Source: Meiothermus sp. (lineage in GTDB: Bacteria; Deinococcota; Deinococci; Deinococcales; Thermaceae). From it: 64,000 nucleotides of DNA. Where the stretch lies: positions 30,855-94,854 of the forward strand of contig NZ_JANXCG010000062.1 in the NCBI RefSeq assembly GCF_025060375.1. Reading direction: 5' to 3'. The translations under genes were made by a program, and so were the position numbers. Every line of letters begins with the position of its first letter. Position 1 is the first letter of the stretch. The notes under the pieces were generated by a model. It ran no database searches. It was not told the origin of the DNA and saw only the letters and a list, made by a program, of their open reading frames with translations. Below, one piece after another: positions 49,673-59,215 of the stretch.

Positions 49673-50121
49673 AACCCATTCCCATCGGCTACCAGGCCAT
49701 TTTCGAAACGGTCGTAACCGACGAGATGACCGTGGATTTTGAGCAAGGCGACCCCCAGCTCGGCAAGCTGCACCCAGTCTACGCCACCTACTGGATGGCC
49801 AAGCACATGGAGCTGGCCGGGCGCAAAATCATCCTGCCCTTTTTGGAGGAGAACGAGGAGGGCATCGGCTCCAAGGTAAGCGTGGACCACCAGGCCTCGG
49901 CCCTGCCCGGGATGAGGGTGCGGATTGTAGCCGAGCACCTGCGCACCGAGGGCAACCGGGTGCACGCCCGCTGCACCGCCTGGAATGAGCTGGGCGACCG
50001 GATTGGCGAGGGGTACACCGAGCAGGTCATCCTGCCGAAGGAGAAGCTGAGGCGAATTTTTGAGCGGCTCGAGGTGCGCTGGCGGGAACACAGGGCTGAC
50101 TCCGCAGCCAATTCCGGCTAG
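49669..50121 (+). CDS. FlK-like hotdog thioesterase
   Basis: HPVYAT..MELAGR and [15 protein letters not shown]. Confidence 0.8.
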   Translation: MKPIPIGYQAIFETVVTDEMTVDFEQGDPQLGKLHPVYATYWMAKHMELAGRKIILPFLEENEEGIGSKVSVDHQASALPGMRVRIVAEHLRTEGNRVHARCTAWNELGDRIGEGYTEQVILPKEKLRRIFERLEVRWREHRADSAANSG

Positions 50122-50132
50122 ACTTTTCCTGG

Positions 50133-51425
50133 ATGGCCAGGGCTGCCCTGCACTACCGCTGCGCCGTATGCGGCTACAGGTCCGTGAAGCCCCTGGGGCG
50201 CTGCCCGGGATGCGGAAGCTGGGAGAGCCTCAAGGAGGAGGCCCCTCTGTCCCGTCCTGTCCCAGCAAAAGGCGCCGCAAACCCCCAGGCCCTCATCCGG
50301 CTGGGCGAGGTGGGTGAGGTGGGCGAGGCCCGCTTCAGCAGCCGAATAGGCGAGCTGGACCGGGTGCTGGGCGGAGGCTTCGTGCCCGGGGCAGTGCTCC
50401 TGCTTGGGGGAGAACCCGGGGTGGGCAAGAGCACACTGCTCCTGCAGGTGGCGCAAAGGATGCTGGAGGAAGGCCGGCGGGTGGTCTACCTAGCGGGTGA
50501 GGAGTCTCCCGGACAGGTTCGGCTGCGGGCCGGGCGGCTTGGGGTCTCGGGGGACCTCGAGCTGTTACGGGAAACCCATCTGGAAACCGCTCTGGCCACC
50601 CTGGAGGCCGATCCACCGGAGTTTTTGGTGGTGGATTCCATCCAAACCCTGGAGACCACCGCTGCGCCAGGGTCGCTGGTGGCGGTACGGGACGCCACCG
50701 CAGCCCTCACCCGCTTCGCCAAACGCCACCGGGTGACCACCGTGCTGGTGGGTCACGTCACCAAGGAGGGTATCGTAGCGGGTCCCAAGGTGATTGAGCA
50801 CGTGGTGGACGCCACTTTGTACCTAGAGACGGCAGGGCACTTCCGGGTGCTGCGCTCAACCAAGAACCGCTTTGGCCCGGTAGGGGAGCTGGGGGTTTTC
50901 AGCATGGGCGAGAGCGGCCTGGAAGAGGTACCCAACCCCTCCGCAGCCTTCCTGGCCGAACGCCCCGTGGGGGCCCCAGGCTCGGTGGTGGCGCTTGGCC
51001 TGTCGGGGGAGCGGGCCTTGGCCCTGGAGGTGCAGGCCCTGGCCGCGCGGACCCCCTTCCCGGCCCCGCGCCGGGTAGCCCAGGGGCTTGACGCAAGGCG
51101 GGTAGATGTGGTCCTTGCGGTGCTCGAGCGGCGCCTCAACCTGCCCCTGGGCAACCTGGACGTCTACGTGAACCTGGCCGGGGGCCTGCGAATCTTCGAC
51201 CCGGGGCTCGACCTGGCGGTGGGCCTGGCGGTCTACTCGGCGGTGGTGGGCCGCCCCCTGCCCCAGGAAGTGGCGGTGGTGGGCGAGGTTGGGCTAGCCG
51301 GGGAGCTCCGCAGCGTAGAGGGCCTGGAGCGCCGCCTGCGCGAAGGGCAGCGGGCCGGGTTCAGGCGCCTGGTCTACCCACCGGAGTTTAGAAGCCTGGA
51401 GGCTGCTGTAAGCGAATTGCTATGA
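50133..51425 (+). CDS. radA: DNA repair protein RadA/Sms
   Basis: C4 zinc finger [21 protein letters not shown] and KNRFG. Confidence 0.95.
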   Translation: MARAALHYRCAVCGYRSVKPLGRCPGCGSWESLKEEAPLSRPVPAKGAANPQALIRLGEVGEVGEARFSSRIGELDRVLGGGFVPGAVLLLGGEPGVGKSTLLLQVAQRMLEEGRRVVYLAGEESPGQVRLRAGRLGVSGDLELLRETHLETALATLEADPPEFLVVDSIQTLETTAAPGSLVAVRDATAALTRFAKRHRVTTVLVGHVTKEGIVAGPKVIEHVVDATLYLETAGHFRVLRSTKNRFGPVGELGVFSMGESGLEEVPNPSAAFLAERPVGAPGSVVALGLSGERALALEVQALAARTPFPAPRRVAQGLDARRVDVVLAVLERRLNLPLGNLDVYVNLAGGLRIFDPGLDLAVGLAVYSAVVGRPLPQEVAVVGEVGLAGELRSVEGLERRLREGQRAGFRRLVYPPEFRSLEAAVSELL

Positions 51426-52483
51426 GCTGGGGTCGCTGGGTTCTCTATGCGCTGTTCACCTGGCTGGGGTACCGGGTCGGGGTCCAGCTGGAAGCCGCTG
51501 GTCTGATCAGCACCAACCCCCTGGGCAACCTGATCAGTCTGAACCAGCTGTACCTGGCCCTGGTGGGCTTCCTCCTAGGGCTGCTGATGGTCCCCCGCCT
51601 GCTCTTCTGGTCTGCCCCGCGCTGGGAACAGGCCCAAGCCCGGCTGAGGAGGCTGCCCCCCGAGATTCCGGTGGCCATCACGGCGGCCTCGAGCCTGGCC
51701 CTGCTGCTCGCGGTGCTCCTTACCAACCTGCTGAGCCAAATCCCCGGCTTCTCCCCGCTTCACTCCCTCACCATTGCCGCGGTGCTGGTGCTCTCCTTCT
51801 CCGCTTTCGCAGTGGCTAACCGGGAGTACTTCCGCCTGGCGCGCCCTCCTGTGCCCCCTGCAAAGCCCAAGGGGGGCAAGGTGCTGGACACCTCCGTGCT
51901 CATAGACGGCCGGGTTGTCGAGGTAGCCTCCATGGGCTTTTTAGAAGGCCCCCTCTTCGTACCCAAGCAGGTTCTGAGGGAGCTACAACAGTTCGCCGAC
52001 GCCTCAGACCCTCAAAAAAGGGCCAAAGGGCGCCGGGGGCTGGAGACCCTGGAGCGGCTCAAGGCGAGCGTGGGCCTGGAGGTGCTGGACTCCCCGGAGT
52101 CGGACGAACCGGTAGATGAACAGATCCTAGCCCAGGCCAAAGAGCTGGGCGCAGCCCTGGTCACCAACGACCACGCCCTAGCCCAGCTCTCCCGCATCTA
52201 CGGGGTCAGAACCCTTTCCATTCAGGCCCTGGCCTCTGCCCTCAGAGCCCCTCTGCAGCAGGGGGATTTCCTCAACATCACCATTGTCAAAGAGGGAAAG
52301 GAACCGGGCCAGGGGGTGGGGTACCTGGAGGACGGCACCATGGTGGTGGTGGACGACGCCATCGCCTACAAGGGGAAGGAGGTAGGGGTGGTGGTCACCC
52401 AAGCCATCCAGACCCAGGTGGGCCGCCTGCTGTTCGGGCGGCTTAGGGAGGGGGCCACCCCCAAAGGCGAGCGGCAGGCCTAG
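51422..52483 (+). CDS. Membrane-anchored PIN/TRAM domain protein (YacL-like)
   Basis: N-terminal TM helices, [14 protein letters not shown] and [15 protein letters not shown]. Confidence 0.9.
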   Translation: MSWGRWVLYALFTWLGYRVGVQLEAAGLISTNPLGNLISLNQLYLALVGFLLGLLMVPRLLFWSAPRWEQAQARLRRLPPEIPVAITAASSLALLLAVLLTNLLSQIPGFSPLHSLTIAAVLVLSFSAFAVANREYFRLARPPVPPAKPKGGKVLDTSVLIDGRVVEVASMGFLEGPLFVPKQVLRELQQFADASDPQKRAKGRRGLETLERLKASVGLEVLDSPESDEPVDEQILAQAKELGAALVTNDHALAQLSRIYGVRTLSIQALASALRAPLQQGDFLNITIVKEGKEPGQGVGYLEDGTMVVVDDAIAYKGKEVGVVVTQAIQTQVGRLLFGRLREGATPKGERQA

Positions 52484-52938
52484 CGCCCGCTGGCCACCCG
52501 ACGAAAGTTGCGGTCAAGCCAGCCGAAGGCCGGCCCTTCCACCGAGGCCACGTCGATCGTCTCCGAAGCCAGCGTCTCCAACCGCACCGAACCATACCCG
52601 TCGGGGCGCACCGCAAAGGTCCAGCGCATCTCCACGGCCGCCTCCACCCGCCCCTGAGCGTCCACACGCTGGGAAACATACACCGCCGTAGAGCCTACTC
52701 CCTGGCGCTGCACCCAGCGGCCATACCCCGGCAAGGGCCGGGCTTCCAGGGCGTAGTAGGCCGCCACCGTCTGGGCGAGCCGCACCACCACTGGGTGGCC
52801 GGCAAAGAGGACCTGCGCACTGGCGCTGGGCAGGGTCGCGCTCACATCGTAGACCACCTCGCCGGGGTCGGCCCGCACCGCAGGGGCACAGCCCCCAAGC
52901 AGGAGGCCGAACAAGACCAGGAGAAACCAGAGGCGCAT
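52480..52938 (-). CDS. Hypothetical lipoprotein
   Basis: MRLWFLLVLFGLLLGGC lipobox, with a leaderless -10 element upstream. Confidence 0.75.
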   Translation of the reverse strand: MRLWFLLVLFGLLLGGCAPAVRADPGEVVYDVSATLPSASAQVLFAGHPVVVRLAQTVAAYYALEARPLPGYGRWVQRQGVGSTAVYVSQRVDAQGRVEAAVEMRWTFAVRPDGYGSVRLETLASETIDVASVEGPAFGWLDRNFRRVASGR

Positions 52939-52944
52939 GGGTGC

Positions 52945-52950
52945 ATTCTA
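52945..52950 (-). promoter_or_regulatory. -10 element (TAGAAT) for a leaderless lipoprotein transcript
   Basis: TAGAAT-GCACCC-ATG on the minus strand. Confidence 0.65.
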
Positions 52951-54537
52951 CCCCAGCAAACCCGCCCAGTCGGTGGGGGGCCTGGGTTGGGTGTAGCCCG
53001 TGTCCATCTGGGCGAGCTGGAGGCGGCCGGAGTACTCCTCGTTGACGGCCTGCCAGTAGGTGTACTCCTCAATCACCCAAATGCCGCTCTCGCGGGCCCC
53101 GTTGCCGCTCCCGCGAATCCCCCCAAAGGGCAGGTGGGCCTCAGCGCCCACGGTGGAGTTGTTAACGCTGGTCATCCCGGCCCTAATCTCGTTCTTGAAG
53201 CGGTAGGCCCAGTCGCGCCGATTGGTGTACACCGCACTAGACAGCCCATAGCTGTGTGCGTTGGCCGCCTCAATGGCCTCGTCCAAGTCCTCCACCCGCA
53301 CCAGGTTGACTGTGGGGCCAAATATCTCCTGCTCAAACTGGCGCATTCCCGGGCGGGCTTCCCACACGGTGGGCCAGCCAAAAAGCCCCGCCTCGGGATC
53401 GCCCTGGAAGTGCGGGTAAGGGTTCTTTGCCGTGATGCGGGCCTTCCCGAAGAGAAGCTGGGCCCCATCCTGCTGACCCCAGGTGTAGTGCTCGAGCCAG
53501 CGCTCGAAAAGCCGCTGGTTGATGAAAGGGCCGTAGGTAACCTGGGGATGGGTGAACGGATTTCCCACCACCGTGGACTCGGTTTTCTCCAAAAAGCGCC
53601 TTTTGAACTCGTCGTAGATGGGGGCCTCCACGATGATGTTGCCCGCGCTGGTACAGCGCTGCCCCCCGGTGGCAAAGGCGCTCCACCAAGCCCCCTCCAC
53701 GGCCAGCTCGAGGTCGGCATCCCTAAGGACCACCAAGGGGTTCTTACCCCCCAGCTCCAGGGTGGGGCGCAGGAGGTTGCGCCCAGCCACCTCCCCAATC
53801 CAGCGACCTACCGCGGTGCTGCCGGTAAAGGCAAACTTGTTCAAAAGCCCCTCGTCCATAAGCTCCACCAGCCACTGCCCGGTAGAGTCCTTGCCCCCGC
53901 CAAAGACCACGTTGATGACCCCTGGAGGCAGCCCCGCTTCCTCAAAGAGTCGGACGAAAACGTAGGAGAGGGCCGGGGAATCCTCTGAGGGCTTCCAAAC
54001 CACCGTGTTCCCGGTAAGCACGGCCGGTATCAGCTTCCAGGAAGGCACCGCAATAGGAAAGTTCCCCGCGGTGATCATCCCCACCACCCCCAGGGGCCGG
54101 CGGAAGGTAAAGAGCTCCTTGTCGCGCATCTCGCTGGGCACGGTTTGGCCGTAGAGCCTGCGCCCTTCCGAGGCAAAGAAAACCGCAGTGTCTATGGCCT
54201 CTTGCACATCGCCCCCGGCCTCCTTAAAGGTCTTGCCCACCTCCCGCACCATCAGGCGCACCAAGGCCTCCTTCTCCCGGGTGAGAATCTGGGCCAGGTT
54301 CATCAAAACCGCCCCCCGCACCGGCGCTGGGGTGCGGGACCAGGCCCGAAAGGCCTCCTGGGCCACCCGCGCTGCTTTGCGCAGGACCTCCTTGGAGCCC
54401 ACCGGGAAACGGGCCACAAGGTCTTCCCTATCCGCGGGGTTGCGCCGCTCCTGCACCTCCCCCTCAAAAACCTCCTCCCCTCCGATAAGGTGGCCTATTT
54501 CCAGCGCGCTGCCGTACCTGCTCCTGTGTAGCTGCAT
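52948..54537 (-). CDS. Aldehyde dehydrogenase with C-terminal arm (Thermus ALDH-like)
   Basis: AGNFP, FTGSTAVG, LELGGKNP, GQRCTS and EIFGP. GGAGG RBS before ATG 54537. Confidence 0.92.
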   Translation of the reverse strand: MQLHRSRYGSALEIGHLIGGEEVFEGEVQERRNPADREDLVARFPVGSKEVLRKAARVAQEAFRAWSRTPAPVRGAVLMNLAQILTREKEALVRLMVREVGKTFKEAGGDVQEAIDTAVFFASEGRRLYGQTVPSEMRDKELFTFRRPLGVVGMITAGNFPIAVPSWKLIPAVLTGNTVVWKPSEDSPALSYVFVRLFEEAGLPPGVINVVFGGGKDSTGQWLVELMDEGLLNKFAFTGSTAVGRWIGEVAGRNLLRPTLELGGKNPLVVLRDADLELAVEGAWWSAFATGGQRCTSAGNIIVEAPIYDEFKRRFLEKTESTVVGNPFTHPQVTYGPFINQRLFERWLEHYTWGQQDGAQLLFGKARITAKNPYPHFQGDPEAGLFGWPTVWEARPGMRQFEQEIFGPTVNLVRVEDLDEAIEAANAHSYGLSSAVYTNRRDWAYRFKNEIRAGMTSVNNSTVGAEAHLPFGGIRGSGNGARESGIWVIEEYTYWQAVNEEYSGRLQLAQMDTGYTQPRPPTDWAGLLG

Positions 54538-54628
54538 ACAATCCCTCCAGCAAGCCCATCCAGCCAGAAAGGCCAAAACCGCGGCCCAATTCTCACCGAT
54601 TCTATGGGACAGCGGCAGGGATCCATCC

Positions 54629-55147
<519 letters not shown>

Positions 55148-55258
55148 TCATCCCACAGGGGAGCCCTCGAGGCAAGGGCAGGGCTTGGGGCCAACCCCCA
55201 GGCCCTAGTGAAAACTGTAGCGAATACCGCTTTCTCCCCCCACCCGGCCCCATAACAT

Positions 55259-55272
55259 TTCATAGGCATGAA
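55259..55272. promoter_or_regulatory. Candidate MarR operator overlapping its own start codon
   Basis: TTCAT-AGGC-ATGAA inverted repeat, with TAACAT (-10-like) at 55253-55258. Confidence 0.35.
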
Positions 55273-55717
55273 GTTTACATTGGACGAAATAATGGAGGAG
55301 ATGTGGCGCCTCTCCTCCCACCTGGCCTGGCAGATGCGCCTGGACCAGCAAAAGGCCCTTGAGGGGCTGGGGCTTTCACCCATGCAGGCCTTTGCCCTGA
55401 TGTGCGTGGCAAGCGGCATGGACCAGCCCTCGGCCCTGGCCTTCGTGATGGATGCCTCCCCCCAAGGGGTTTCCCAGCTCCTGGCGGGGTTGGAGGAGCG
55501 GAAGCTGGTGCGGCGCGAGCTAGACCCGGAGGACCGGCGGAAGGTGCGAATTCTCCTAACCCAAAGCGGGGAAAGGTTGCTCGAGGTCATGCGGGAAAAC
55601 TGGAAGCAGGTCTCGTGCGAGCGCTTCAGCCGGCTCAGCCCTGAGGAGCTGGAGATGTTGCTGAGGAGCTACCGAAAACTGATTGAGCCTAGGGAAAAGG
55701 GCACGGCACAACCATGA
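55268..55717 (+). CDS. MarR-family regulator of the efflux operon
   Basis: GLSPMQAFAL, VSQLLAGLEERKLVRR and DRRKVRILLTQSG. Confidence 0.9.
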   Translation: MKFTLDEIMEEMWRLSSHLAWQMRLDQQKALEGLGLSPMQAFALMCVASGMDQPSALAFVMDASPQGVSQLLAGLEERKLVRRELDPEDRRKVRILLTQSGERLLEVMRENWKQVSCERFSRLSPEELEMLLRSYRKLIEPREKGTAQP

Positions 55718-57012
55718 GGCACCCCATCCTGATCCCCCTCGTGCTCTTTGGGAGCTTATCCCTCGGGCAGGGTTTCTTTGCCCCGCTGGAAAACCACCCC
55801 AGCCTGTTGCAAGCCCGGCTCAACCTCGAGGCAGCCCAAGCCCAGCTGAGGGCGGTCCAAAGCCCCCTGAGCGTGCAGGCCCAAGGGGGCCTTTCCCTCT
55901 TTGAGACCTCCCCACCCCCTGGCCCCCCTGTCTGCCCCAACCCCCTGAACCCCCAGTGCCTGGAGCTGCCCAGCGACGCCCGGCAGATCACCCTGGGGCT
56001 GACCCTTACCCCCTTCCCCTTTGGGGATGTGGCCGACGCGGTCAACCAAGCCGCCCTGGGGGTGGCCCAGGCCGAGCTAGGGCTGAAGCAGGCCCGAACC
56101 CAGCTCCAGGCCCAGGCGGTGGAGGCCGCCTACCGGGTGCGGCTGGCAGAAGGGGGGCTCGAGGTGGCCCGGCTGGCGGTGCGGGTGGCCCAGGCCGGCC
56201 TGGAAGCCGTTCGGTTACGGACCCAGCGGGGGGCGGCCAGCCCCAGCGAGCTCCGGCAAGCCGAGGCCAACCTGCGCCAGGCGGCCCTGCAGCAAGCCGA
56301 GGCCGAGCGAAACCTGGCGCTGGCTCGGAAAAACCTGGCCGACCTGATCGGCAGCGAAAGGGCCGAGCCCCCTGCCCTGCCCCTTCCCCCAGAGACCACC
56401 CCGCCCCAGGTGCGCCAGGCTGAGCTCCAGCTCGCCAACGCTCAGATAGGCTACGACCGGGCGCTCAGGGGCGTCCTCCCCGTGCTGCAGGGAAGCTACA
56501 CCCGCAACATCTCCAACCAAGAGGCCTGGAGCATCTCCCTCAACTCCCGGACCTTGCAGCCCAGCCTCAGCTACACCCACCAGTCCCAAGGGCGCACCCC
56601 ACCCCAGGACCGCATCCAGGGCACCTTTCAGATCGGGCTCTCAGCCAACATCTCGTTCGGCGTGCTGGAAGCCTTGGAGGCCGCGCGCAAGCAGGTGGAG
56701 GCAGCCCAGCAAGCCCTGGAAGCGGCCCAGCGCAACAGCCGGCTGCAGCTCGAGCTGCTCAAGACCGCCCTGCAGACTGCTGAGCAGAACCTGGAAAACG
56801 CCCGCAGCGCTCTAAAGGATGCTGAGCAAAGCCTAAGCGAGGCCAAGGAGCGAGAGCGTCTGGGCCTTACCAGTCCACTGGCCACCCTTCAGGCTGAGCT
56901 GAGCTTGGCCCAGGCTCGGCTGGGGGTGGAGCAGGCCACGCTGGGCCGCATCCAGCGCATCCTCGACCTCTACCGCTTCTACGCCCTGCCCCCAAGCGAG
57001 GTGACCCCATGA
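55714..57012 (+). CDS. TolC-family outer-membrane factor 1 (beta-strand-rich)
   Basis: Two OEP repeats (HPSLLQARLNLEAA..; ERLGLTSPLATLQAEL) with beta-like segments after each Pro. Confidence 0.8.
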   Translation: MRHPILIPLVLFGSLSLGQGFFAPLENHPSLLQARLNLEAAQAQLRAVQSPLSVQAQGGLSLFETSPPPGPPVCPNPLNPQCLELPSDARQITLGLTLTPFPFGDVADAVNQAALGVAQAELGLKQARTQLQAQAVEAAYRVRLAEGGLEVARLAVRVAQAGLEAVRLRTQRGAASPSELRQAEANLRQAALQQAEAERNLALARKNLADLIGSERAEPPALPLPPETTPPQVRQAELQLANAQIGYDRALRGVLPVLQGSYTRNISNQEAWSISLNSRTLQPSLSYTHQSQGRTPPQDRIQGTFQIGLSANISFGVLEALEAARKQVEAAQQALEAAQRNSRLQLELLKTALQTAEQNLENARSALKDAEQSLSEAKERERLGLTSPLATLQAELSLAQARLGVEQATLGRIQRILDLYRFYALPPSEVTP

Positions 57013-57998
57013 AACCTGCAAAACCCATCTTTCTGCTCTTGAGCCTGTTCTCTCCCCTAGCCCTGTCCCAGGGCCTAACCCTGGAAAGCGCCCTTGCCAA
57101 AGCCAGCGAGCAGGCCCCGGTGCGGGCCGCCCAGGTGGAGCTGGAGGACGCCAAGGCCAACCTGCAACGCACCCTGGCCGACCCCCTTCTGACCCGGCCA
57201 TCGCGCCTTCAGGCCGAGCAACGCCAGGCCCTCGCCCAAGCCAACTACGAGCGGTCCTTGGCCCAGGCCCAAAGCAGCATCGTGGGGGCCTACACCCAGG
57301 TACTCGAAGCCCAGCTCCAGGTGCGCCTGGCCCAAAAAGCGCTGGAAATCGCCGCGCGGGGGCTCGAGGTGGCCCAAATCCGTCAGCGAAACGGCTCCGG
57401 CACCGCCCTGGACGTGCGCAACGCGCAAAATCGGCTGGAAGACGCCAGGAGCAACCTGAGCCGGGCCGAAAATGGGCTGGCCCTGGCCCAAAGCTCCCTG
57501 CGCAGCCTGGTGGGGCCTTTTGGTGGGCTCTCTCCCCTGCCCGCCCCTCCCGCCTTACCCGAACGGGGCCTGCTGAGGGAACTCTTGGAGAAAAGCCCCG
57601 ACCTGCTGCAGGCCCGGCAGAGGCTCGAGCTGGCCCAGCTGCAGGTGGAGTTGCTCGACCCAAGCTACGCCGCCCCAGCCGAAATTGAGGCCGCCAAGGC
57701 GCGGGCTGAACAGGCCGCCGCCGCCGCGCGGGAACTGGAGCGGGGCCTCGGGCTCCAGTACGACTCGCTTTACCAGAACCTTGAGGCCGCGGCCCGGAGC
57801 CTGAGCGTCCAGCAAACCGCCCTGGCCAACGCCCGGGAAACCCTCTCCAGCGAGAGAAAGCGGCTCGAGGCTGGTCTCATCAGCCAGCTCGCCTACCTCC
57901 AGGCCGAGCTCAGCTACCTCCAGGCCGAGCTGGCGGTCCAGCAGGCTCTGGGGAACTACTGGCGGGCCTACTACAGCTTGCGGGCAGGAGGGCGCTGA
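57009..57998 (+). CDS. TolC-like protein 2, short (329 aa), apparently without beta-barrel strands
   Basis: OEP helical repeats (LTLESAL; GSGTALDVRNAQ; SPDLLQARQRL; AGLISQLAYLQAE) joined by short Pro-containing turns. Confidence 0.75.
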   Translation: MKPAKPIFLLLSLFSPLALSQGLTLESALAKASEQAPVRAAQVELEDAKANLQRTLADPLLTRPSRLQAEQRQALAQANYERSLAQAQSSIVGAYTQVLEAQLQVRLAQKALEIAARGLEVAQIRQRNGSGTALDVRNAQNRLEDARSNLSRAENGLALAQSSLRSLVGPFGGLSPLPAPPALPERGLLRELLEKSPDLLQARQRLELAQLQVELLDPSYAAPAEIEAAKARAEQAAAAARELERGLGLQYDSLYQNLEAAARSLSVQQTALANARETLSSERKRLEAGLISQLAYLQAELSYLQAELAVQQALGNYWRAYYSLRAGGR

Positions 57999-59215
57999 TG
58001 CGGGGCTGGGCAGGTCTGATGGTGGGGGTTCTGGCGCTGGCCCTTTTGGCGGGGTGTGGCCCTCGCCGGGGTGCCCAAAACGAAGCCAACAACCCCAGTG
58101 AGGCCCCGGCCAGCCGGGTAAAGGTCCGGGTGGTCGAGGCCCAAAGCGGGCGGCTTAGCATAAGCCGCACCACAGGGGCCACCTTGATCCCGACCCGCGA
58201 GAGCCAGGTGGGGGCCACCGCAGGCGGCAAGGTGCTCGCTGTGCTGGTGCAGGCAGGCAGCCAGGTGGCAGCGGGCCAGGTGGTGTTGCGGCTCGACCCA
58301 GTAAACGCCCAAACCACCCTGCGCAACGCTGAAATTGCCCTGGAGCAGGCCCGGGTGAACCTGGCTCGAGCCGAGCGGTCCACCGCCGGCTCCCTGGCCC
58401 CCCTGCAGGCCAGCCTGGAATCCGCCCTGGCCAACCTGCGGGCCGCTGAGCAGCGCTACCAAGAGGGGAAGCAGCTCTTTGCCGCCGGGGCCATCGCCCA
58501 AGTGGAGCTGGTGGGGCTCGAGGCGGCCTACAACCAGGCCAAAGCCGCGGCCGACAACGCCCGGGAAAACCTAGCCCGGGCCCAGCGGGCCTCCCAGGAG
58601 GACCTGGCCCTGCTGCGCCTGCAGGTACGCCAGGCCGAGAACCAGCTCGCCCAGGCCAAAAGGGCCTTGGCCGACACCGAGGTGCGGGCGCCCTTCGCCG
58701 GGGTGGTGGCCGAGGTCTACGTGAACCCCGGTGAGTTCGTGGCCGCCGGGCAGCGGGTCTTCCGGCTGGCCGATACCCGCCGGCTTGAGGCCCGCTTCCG
58801 GCTGCCTCCCGAGGAGGCCGCCGCGCTGCCCCTGGGTACCCTTCTGAACCTGAGCTACGGCGAGCAGACCTACACCGCCCGCCTCACCCGCAGCAGCCAG
58901 GTGCCTGGCACCGACCGGCTGGTGGAGCTCACCGCCCAGGTGGAGGGCAACCCCCCACCTGGGGTCAGCGTCCAGGTCCGCTACACCCTGACCCTGGCCG
59001 AGGGAATCCTGCTGCCCGCAGGGGCCCTCCGCACCGAGGGCCGGACCACCTTCCTGTACGTGGTCCAGGAGGAAAGGGCGGTGCGCACCCCGGTGCGGGT
59101 GGTGGGCGACAGCGGGGCCCAGGTGGTGGTGGAGGGGATAAGAGCAGGGGCCCAGGTGGTCTTTCCGGTGCCCTCGAGCCTGAGCGACGGGGATCGGGTG
59201 GAGGTGGTCCGGTGA
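57998..59215 (+). CDS. RND periplasmic adaptor (membrane fusion) lipoprotein
   Basis: LLAGC lipobox, long alpha hairpin and VRAPFAGVV lipoyl motif. Confidence 0.92.
   Translation: MRGWAGLMVGVLALALLAGCGPRRGAQNEANNPSEAPASRVKVRVVEAQSGRLSISRTTGATLIPTRESQVGATAGGKVLAVLVQAGSQVAAGQVVLRLDPVNAQTTLRNAEIALEQARVNLARAERSTAGSLAPLQASLESALANLRAAEQRYQEGKQLFAAGAIAQVELVGLEAAYNQAKAAADNARENLARAQRASQEDLALLRLQVRQAENQLAQAKRALADTEVRAPFAGVVAEVYVNPGEFVAAGQRVFRLADTRRLEARFRLPPEEAAALPLGTLLNLSYGEQTYTARLTRSSQVPGTDRLVELTAQVEGNPPPGVSVQVRYTLTLAEGILLPAGALRTEGRTTFLYVVQEERAVRTPVRVVGDSGAQVVVEGIRAGAQVVFPVPSSLSDGDRVEVVR

Noticed and set aside
50133-52483. radA plus PIN/TRAM as a toxin or defence module
   Set aside because: radA-yacL adjacency is a known conserved housekeeping arrangement, and no antitoxin or defence genes are adjacent.
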